Assembly (NCBI GenBank): GCA_965202985.1 | Contig: CBDBCF010000001.1 | Span: 640,001 to 704,000 of the forward strand | Reading direction: 5' to 3' | DNA: 64,000 bases | From: Longimicrobiales bacterium | Lineage (GTDB): Bacteria; Gemmatimonadota; Gemmatimonadetes; Longimicrobiales; Gaopeijiaceae | Part shown: positions 58,105 through 64,000 of the stretch, one piece after another | How positions within the stretch are numbered: the first letter of the stretch is position 1 | Layout of the letters: each line of letters starts with the position of its first letter | Translations under genes and position numbers: made by a program | Notes under the pieces: model-generated | Seen by the model: only the letters and a program-made list of their open reading frames with translations | What the model was told of the DNA's origin: nothing | Databases searched by the model: none

Positions 58105-58682
58105 CCGCCGACGCGGGACCCGCCGACCCGAGACAGATACTTGTCCTCGCGACGGTCGATCTTGAGCACGTCGCCCACGTCCACGAACAGGGGAACCTGG
58201 ACGACCGCGCCCGTCTCCAGCGACGCGGGCTTGGTGGCCCCTTGGGCGGTGTCGCCCTTGTAGCCCGGGTCGGTCTGGGCGACTTCGAGCTCGACGAACG
58301 CCGGCAGCTCCACGCTGATCACGTTGCCGTCGTGGACCAGCCCCTCGCACTCCATGTTCTCCTTCAAGTACTTCAACTGGCCCGCGCCCAGCATCTCGCG
58401 GCTGATGGGAATCATGTCCCACGTCTCCTGGTCCATGAAGTGGTACAGCTGGCCGTCGGTGTACGAATACGTGACCGGGCGGCGCTCCAGCCGGACGCTG
58501 GCAACCCGTTCGCCGGCCCGGAACGTGCGGTCCACGACCGCCCCGGAGAGCACGTTCTTGAGCTTGGTGCGCACGAAGGCGCCGCCCTTGCCGGGCTTGA
58601 CGTGCTGGAAGTAGGTGATCGTCCAGAGGTCGCCTTCGATCTCCAGCACCATGCCGTTGCGGAAGTCCGCGGTGGTCGCCAT
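58101..58682 (-). CDS. efp: Translation elongation factor P
   Basis: [16 protein letters not shown] and [14 protein letters not shown] motifs. Confidence 0.96.
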   Translation of the reverse strand: MATTADFRNGMVLEIEGDLWTITYFQHVKPGKGGAFVRTKLKNVLSGAVVDRTFRAGERVASVRLERRPVTYSYTDGQLYHFMDQETWDMIPISREMLGAGQLKYLKENMECEGLVHDGNVISVELPAFVELEVAQTDPGYKGDTAQGATKPASLETGAVVQVPLFVDVGDVLKIDRREDKYLSRVGGSRVGG

Positions 58683-58717
58683 TCGCGGTCGTGGTTCGTT
58701 GCGCGTCGCGGAAGGAG

Positions 58718-59173
58718 TCAGGCCGGCGGGTTGCGCTGCGCGGCCAAGTGGTTGCAGAGACACCGCAAACCCGAAAGATAGCTGTCCAGGCCGAAGCCTG
58801 CGACCACGCCCAGCGCCGCCGGGGCGATCAGCGAGCGGCGCCGGAACGACTCTCGGGCGGCGGGGTTGCTCAGGTGAACCTCCACGAAGGGCTTGGACAC
58901 AGCAAGGAGTCCGTCCAAGAGGGCGACCGACGTGTGCCCCAGCCCGGCGGGGTTCACCACGAGGCCGTCCACGCGGTCCGCCGTCCGCGCCAGAAAGTCC
59001 AGGATCCGCCCTTCGGAGTTGGACTGGAAGACCTCCAGCTCCACGCCTAGGTGCTCGGCCAAGTCGGCCATCGCCCGGTTCACGTCGTCCAGGGTTCGAC
59101 GGCCGTAGATCTCGGGTTCGCGCGTGCCCAGAAGGTTGAGGTTCGGACCGTGCACGACCGCCACGCGGGTCAG
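58718..59173 (-). CDS. aroQ: Type II 3-dehydroquinate dehydratase
   Basis: HGPNLNLLGTREPEIYG, QSNSEG, NPAG and EVHLSN motifs; exact start uncertain. Confidence 0.93.
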   Translation of the reverse strand: MTRVAVVHGPNLNLLGTREPEIYGRRTLDDVNRAMADLAEHLGVELEVFQSNSEGRILDFLARTADRVDGLVVNPAGLGHTSVALLDGLLAVSKPFVEVHLSNPAARESFRRRSLIAPAALGVVAGFGLDSYLSGLRCLCNHLAAQRNPPA

Positions 59174-59491
59174 TCGGTCGCTGGGCCGTTGGCGCGGAGC
59201 GTCGGGCCGGCTGGGATCGTCGGGCAAGCGGAACCTTGGGTGCGGAAAGGATGGCCGGGCGCGCCCCTGGAGTCGGCGGGCGGCGTGCGGGACCTGCGGA
59301 CGCTTGCGGGGAGAGCAGGCGGCTTGCAGGTCGGGAGTCCGGCGGCTCGGCGACGCCAAGCCGGCGAAAGTTAGTGGCCGGCCGCGCCGAGGGGCAAACG
59401 CCCCGCTCGAACGCGCCGCTTTCTTGGACGCGGGCCGCGGATGCGGCTAGATTTGGCGTTCCATGGGTTCGAGACAGGAGGCGGCGTCGGC

Positions 59492-61330
59492 ATGATGCGG
59501 CAGATGCGGGACAACACGAAGTGGATCATGATGCTGGCGGCGCTCGCCTTCGGGGGACTCATGTTCTTCGAGTGGGGCATGGACATCACGGGCCAGACGT
59601 CCGGATCGTTCGGCGAGATCGGTCGGGTCAACGGCGAGTCCGTCGGCTACGACCGGTACATGGCCGAGTACCGAAACATCTACGACCGCGTGCAGGCGAC
59701 CCAGGAAGAGCCGATCACCAACGCCCGGAACGCCGAGCTGGAAGACCAAGCGTGGGACGCGGTGGTCAACTCGATCCTCGTCCAGCAGGAGTTGGAGCGC
59801 AGGCGGATCATCGTCTCGGACGAGGAGATCCTGAACGCGGCGCGGTTCAGCCCGCCGCAGGACTTCGCCGCGGACCCGGCCTTCCAAACCGACGGCCAGT
59901 TCGACCTGGCCAAGTACCAGCAGTTCGTGGCGGGCGCTCCGGCCGAGTTGCTGATGCAGCTGGAGGGGTACTACCGCGACGTGATCCCGCGCGGGAAGCT
60001 GCTTCGCCAAGTCGCTTTGGGCGTCCACGTGTCCGACGCCCAGCTCTGGCATGCCTTCCGGGACGACAACGAGAAGGCGAGCGTCCGCTACGCCGCCTTC
60101 GACCCGCTCGTTCGCATCAGCGACGACGAGATCGAGGTCACGCCCCAGGAGGTCTCGCGCCACTACCGCGACAACCGCGAGGACTACGCGGTGCCGGCCA
60201 CGGCGGCGGTGATCTCCGTGGCGCTGTCCAAGACGCCCACGGCGGCGGACACGGCCGCGGTGCTGGACCGGGCGGCGGAGATCCGGCAATCCGTCCTGGA
60301 CGGGGACGACTTCGCGGAGCTGGCTCGGCAGGAGTCCTCCGACGAAGGCACGGCGGCGGCGGGCGGGGACCTGGGCGTGTTTCCCAAGGGACGCATGGTT
60401 GCTGCGTTCGACTCGGTCGTGTTCTCGGCCCGTCCTGGGCAGATCGCCGAGCCGGTGCGGACCCAGTTCGGCGTGCACGTGATCGAGGTGCAGGAGCGGT
60501 GGGGTCAGGATTCGGCCCAGGCCCGCCACGTCCTGCTTCCGTTCGAACGGACCGACGAGTCCGATTTCGCCCTTCTCTCCATGGCCGATTCCTTGGAGGA
60601 GCTGGGCGAGTCCATGCCCCTCGCGGAGGCCGCGACGGTCCTGGGGTTGGAGACGGACACCTTGGAGATCACCGACAACTTTCCGCTGGTACCGGGAGCC
60701 GGACAGGTGGCCGAAGGCGGCGAGTGGGCCTTCGACCCCGAGACGCTGCCGGGCGACGTGAGTCCGGTGTTCGAGAACGGGGCGGCGTTCTACGCCCTGG
60801 AGCTGACCTCGGTCGATCCGGCCGGCTACCTGACCGAGGCCGAGGCGGAAACAGCGATCCGCCAGACGCTGTCGACCGAGAAGAAGCTGGCGGCGGCGAT
60901 GGAGGAGGCGCGGGCCGTGGCCGCCGACGTGCGGGGCGGCCGTTCGTTGGACGAGGTGGCTCGCGAGAACGGCTTGGAAGTGCGGGACGCGGGTCCCTTC
61001 AGCCGGGGCGAGTTCGTTCCCGGGCTGGGCTACCGCAACGCCGCCGTCGGGACCGCGTTCGGGTTGGAAGTTGGAGAGGTCTCGGACGCCGTGCAGGCCA
61101 ATCAGAACGCCTTCGTGATCGAGAAGACGGCGATGGAGGCCGCGGACAGCGCCGCCTGGGCCGCGCAGATCGACGTGCAGAGAAGCCAAGCCGCGGCCGC
61201 GGTCCGGGAACAGCGGTTCGTGCAGTGGATCGACGCCCTCAGGGAGACGGCCCGGATCGTGGACCGTCGCGAAGAAGTGTTGGCCCCCGCCGACGAGGAC
61301 GCGCCGCCGGGCCTTCCGCCGGTCTTCTAG
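59492..61330 (+). CDS. PpiD/SurA-like peptidyl-prolyl isomerase
   Basis: N-terminal TM, SurA-N region and parvulin motifs FAELARQESSD..GGDLG and TQFGVHVI. Confidence 0.88.
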   Translation: MMRQMRDNTKWIMMLAALAFGGLMFFEWGMDITGQTSGSFGEIGRVNGESVGYDRYMAEYRNIYDRVQATQEEPITNARNAELEDQAWDAVVNSILVQQELERRRIIVSDEEILNAARFSPPQDFAADPAFQTDGQFDLAKYQQFVAGAPAELLMQLEGYYRDVIPRGKLLRQVALGVHVSDAQLWHAFRDDNEKASVRYAAFDPLVRISDDEIEVTPQEVSRHYRDNREDYAVPATAAVISVALSKTPTAADTAAVLDRAAEIRQSVLDGDDFAELARQESSDEGTAAAGGDLGVFPKGRMVAAFDSVVFSARPGQIAEPVRTQFGVHVIEVQERWGQDSAQARHVLLPFERTDESDFALLSMADSLEELGESMPLAEAATVLGLETDTLEITDNFPLVPGAGQVAEGGEWAFDPETLPGDVSPVFENGAAFYALELTSVDPAGYLTEAEAETAIRQTLSTEKKLAAAMEEARAVAADVRGGRSLDEVARENGLEVRDAGPFSRGEFVPGLGYRNAAVGTAFGLEVGEVSDAVQANQNAFVIEKTAMEAADSAAWAAQIDVQRSQAAAAVREQRFVQWIDALRETARIVDRREEVLAPADEDAPPGLPPVF

Positions 61331-61542
61331 CGCTAGAACCAGCCCGAAGTTTTCGCCGTCCGGAACCTGCAGGATCCTTTGTGCGGTAAGGGCGTGGCGC
61401 GGGTTCGCGGGTGCATGCAAGACATCCGGCGAGAAGTTGGTCCCAAGCAGCTATCCAAACGCCCCGTTTTCGGCCCCATCGTTTGGGTATCCGCCCCGAG
61501 AGGCGGCGAGAGCCCCCGCGCCCGAAAGGCCCGCTCGCCCAA
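61331..61542 (+). repeat. Rpn leader, copy 2
   Basis: Homologous to the reverse complement of 30087-30330, with the same hairpin at 61455-61486. Confidence 0.85.
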
Positions 61543-62051
61543 ATGGACCGACACCGCAACGAAGCCCGACTGCCCGACCACGACCCCGTCGCCCTGGACT
61601 CCCAGGACAACGCGCCCCAAGAGCGCGATCGCCGGCCGGGGAGGAGCAGGCGTCGTTTCGGCGGTCGTTCGCCAAGTGGACGGACGACCGGATGTGGGCG
61701 GCGGGCGTGCCGGCGGAGCGGAGGGCAGTTATCGTGCAGGGGATCATTCAACCAGAGGAGGCGGTGGAGATGGGCCAGACGTACTACGAGGAGTGGGTGG
61801 AGGGACACGAGCGCAGGGGCATGGCGAAGGGCGTGAAGAAGGGCGTGGCCAGGGGTCGCCGGGAGCAGGGCAGGGAGATGGTGCTTCGGCAGGCGTCACG
61901 GAAGTTCGGCGCGGAGACGGCGAAGCGTCTGGAGGGGCTGGTGGCCGCGATGGCTCCCGAGCAGCTGGTGCAGGTGGGCGATGCCGTGGTGGATTGCGAG
62001 ACGGGGGACGACCTGCTGGTCGAGGCGGCCAACGGCGCCTCGGGCTCCTAA
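61543..62051 (+). pseudogene. Internally deleted, frameshifted Rpn copy lacking the nuclease domain
   Basis: MDRHRNE..DSQD.APQER is joined at ~61634 directly to the SFRRSFA.WTD region in another frame; about 610 bp are missing relative to copy 1. Confidence 0.88.
61770..62051 (+). CDS. Intact RpnS-like small protein (93 aa)
   Basis: GAGGAGG-8nt-ATG, MGQTYYEEWVEG...; open to TAA. Confidence 0.6.
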   Translation: MGQTYYEEWVEGHERRGMAKGVKKGVARGRREQGREMVLRQASRKFGAETAKRLEGLVAAMAPEQLVQVGDAVVDCETGDDLLVEAANGASGS

Positions 62052-62079
62052 CGCTCGTCCCGGCTTTGGCCCGTTCCTT

Positions 62080-62316
62080 CTACCCGTTCGTCAGCCGACG
62101 GGGGGGGGTGCCCTCGTCCGTTCTGTCCTTCGGGGCCGACGACTGCTCTTCCAGCGGCACCTTGAGTTCGCCTTCGATCTCGCGAACCGAGGACTTGAAC
62201 TCGCGGATGCCCTTGCCCAGAGAGGTTCCGATCTCGGGGAGCCGCTTCGCCCCGAACAGGAGAAGGACGACGACGAAGATCAGGATCATTTCCCACATGC
62301 CGAAATTGAACGGCAT
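62080..62316 (-). CDS. tatA: Twin-arginine translocase subunit TatA
   Basis: LLLFGAKRLPEIG.SLGKGIREFK motif; AGGAGGT RBS. Confidence 0.95.
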   Translation of the reverse strand: MPFNFGMWEMILIFVVVLLLFGAKRLPEIGTSLGKGIREFKSSVREIEGELKVPLEEQSSAPKDRTDEGTPPRRLTNG

Positions 62317-62457
62317 AACGGCTACCTCCTTTGGGGACAAACTTCTGGCGGGACGGCGGAAGCGCCCGCTGCCACGGCAAGCTAACCGCACGCGCGCCGC
62401 GGGGCAAGCCGAGCCGCCAGTCGGGAAAGACGGGACGGCCGCGCCTGGGGAGCGCGG

Positions 62458-62730
62458 CTACATCCAGGAGCGCACGATGAGCGCCACCGTGGCGATGCCC
62501 ACCAAGGTGAGGACGTTCACGGCGAACGACACCGGTCCCACGGTGAAGCCGATCGACACCAGGTCGGCCGAGAAGGGGCCGAAGGAAGCCTCCACCGACG
62601 TGGTCAGGAACGAACGGGCCGCGCTCGGTTCGAGCAACTCGGCCAGCTTGGTCAGCATGCCCCCCAAGACCAAGCCCAGGCCCAGCGTCCAGAAGCCGCG
62701 GACTACGCTGCGCTTTCGATTCGGCTCCAC
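62458..62730 (-). CDS. DUF4321-like small membrane protein
   Basis: Two TM segments flanking GPFSADL; upstream of tatA. Confidence 0.7.
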   Translation of the reverse strand: MEPNRKRSVVRGFWTLGLGLVLGGMLTKLAELLEPSAARSFLTTSVEASFGPFSADLVSIGFTVGPVSFAVNVLTLVGIATVALIVRSWM

Positions 62731-62775
62731 GGTTCCCTCCCGGCTGCTCCTTGGCTGGTGGCGAACGCCGCCCCC

Positions 62776-63780
62776 CTAACGGGAACGGCTCACGACATAC
62801 ACGACGGACTCTCTCAACGCGTCCAGCGCGGCGCCGGGGGCCAAGTCCCGGAGCGCTTCCGCGGCCGAATCCGCAAACTCCTGGGCCTTCCGCTCGGCGT
62901 ATTCCAGGCCGCCGTTTCGCCGCACCAGCTCCATCGCGTCCCGAACCTCCACGTCGCCGGGCTCCGCCAGCGTAAAGAAATGGCGCACCTGCTCCACCTC
63001 CGGCTGCGACATCTCTCGCAGCGCGCCGACCAGAGGCAGAGTCACCTTCCGGCCGCGCAGGTCCAGGCCCGCCGGCTTGCCAGTCACGTCCGCCGTGCCC
63101 GCGTAGTCGAGGATGTCGTCGGCGATCTGGAACGCCATCCCCAGGCACCGTCCGAAACGCCGCAGCGGCGCCCGGTAGGACGGATTGCCGGCCAAGGCGC
63201 CCATTTCGCAAGCCGCCGACATGAGAGAGGCCGTCTTGGCCGCGATCAGCCGAAAGTACTCTTCTTCCGAGAAGCCGATGTCGTCGTAGGACAGAAGCTG
63301 GCGCATCTCGCCGACGCTCATCTCGTTGGCGGCGGCCGCCAGGACGCGAACCGCCTCCAGATTGCCCAGGCGCGCCAGCTCGGTGACGGAGCGGCTGTAC
63401 AGGTAGTCGCCCATGATGATGGCGATCTGGTGAGTCCAGAGCGAGTTGACGGTTGGCATTCCGCGGCGCAGGACCGAATGGTCCACGGCGTCGTCGTGCA
63501 CCAGCGTCGCCATGTGCACGAGCTCCACGGCGGCGGCGAGCGTCACCGCGTCTTCGGGCGGATCGGAGCCGACCTGGCTCGACAGCAGAAGCAGAGCCGG
63601 CCTGAAGAGCTTGCCGGGAACACTCTGCACGTAGGCGTTCACCTCTTGGATCATGGAGAAGTCCGATACGGCGACGCGGCGCAACTCCGCGACCACCAAG
63701 TCCAAGCGGTCCACCACGGGAGCTTGGATGAGCGAGAGGTCGGCGGCGGGCCGGTCGAGCACCGAGGTCGGGTTCGTCAT
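62776..63780 (-). CDS. Polyprenyl diphosphate synthase
   Basis: GKLFRP, ELVHMATLVHDDAVD..RRG, KTASL and FQIADDILD motifs. Confidence 0.93.
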   Translation of the reverse strand: MTNPTSVLDRPAADLSLIQAPVVDRLDLVVAELRRVAVSDFSMIQEVNAYVQSVPGKLFRPALLLLSSQVGSDPPEDAVTLAAAVELVHMATLVHDDAVDHSVLRRGMPTVNSLWTHQIAIIMGDYLYSRSVTELARLGNLEAVRVLAAAANEMSVGEMRQLLSYDDIGFSEEEYFRLIAAKTASLMSAACEMGALAGNPSYRAPLRRFGRCLGMAFQIADDILDYAGTADVTGKPAGLDLRGRKVTLPLVGALREMSQPEVEQVRHFFTLAEPGDVEVRDAMELVRRNGGLEYAERKAQEFADSAAEALRDLAPGAALDALRESVVYVVSRSR

Positions 63781-63799
63781 GGCCACGAAAGGTAAGCAA

Positions 63800-64000
63800 T
63801 CAAGCGGGGCGCCGGGTTCGGGCCGCCAGGTGGTCGCGGACGCGCCGTTCCAGCAGGCGATCCTTGGACCAGCACCGAACGCCCAGGGCGCGCGCGATCG
63901 GGGGGCTGGCCAAGGCATCCGGGATCGCTCCCACGACCTCTGTGCCGGCGGTTCGCCCTCCGAGTTCCAGCACCTTGCGTTCGATGGCGCGGTAGACGGT
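63800..64000 (-). CDS. C-terminal fragment, probable glutamate formimidoyltransferase (5' end outside the window)
   Basis: Hand translation TVYRAIERKVLELGGRTAGTEVVGAIPDAL..LLERRV to TGA at 63800-63802. Confidence 0.6.
   Translation of the reverse strand, partial: TVYRAIERKVLELGGRTAGTEVVGAIPDALASPPIARALGVRCWSKDRLLERRVRDHLAARTRRPA

Noticed and set aside
62048..63799. 583-aa minus-strand ORF and similar long overlapping ORFs across the window
   Set aside because: They overlap well-supported genes in other frames and have low-complexity Arg/Gly/Pro composition typical of high-GC shadow ORFs.

Overview
GC-rich bacterial chromosomal window. Gene order (aroQ-efp-accB-accC-comB-ftsK-lolA, DUF4321-tatA), many exported peptidases and a cadherin-bearing giant autotransporter suggest Gemmatimonadota, possibly host/sponge-associated; this is inference only. 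About 48 CDS: housekeeping and LPS genes, a GalK/SSS/nucleotidyltransferase sugar-salvage operon, a mycobacterial Sdh1-type succinate dehydrogenase, an exported peptide/amino-acid scavenging cluster and a Tat-less reductive dehalogenase. No rRNA, tRNA or CRISPR array was seen. Two signals stand out. (1) A 3.5-kaa adhesin (17 Ig-like repeats, 5-6 cadherin-like domains, beta-barrel) whose RBS-supported start codons are put out of frame by a 17-nt poly-C tract, a candidate slipped-strand ON/OFF switch that reads OFF here. (2) Two inverted copies, about 31 kb apart, of an Rpn (PD-(D/E)XK) cassette with a shared structured leader; the second copy has lost the nuclease domain but keeps the internal RBS/ATG and an intact C-terminal RpnS-like ORF, a candidate orphan antitoxin or non-autonomous element. 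All calls come from reading motifs by eye; no searches were run.
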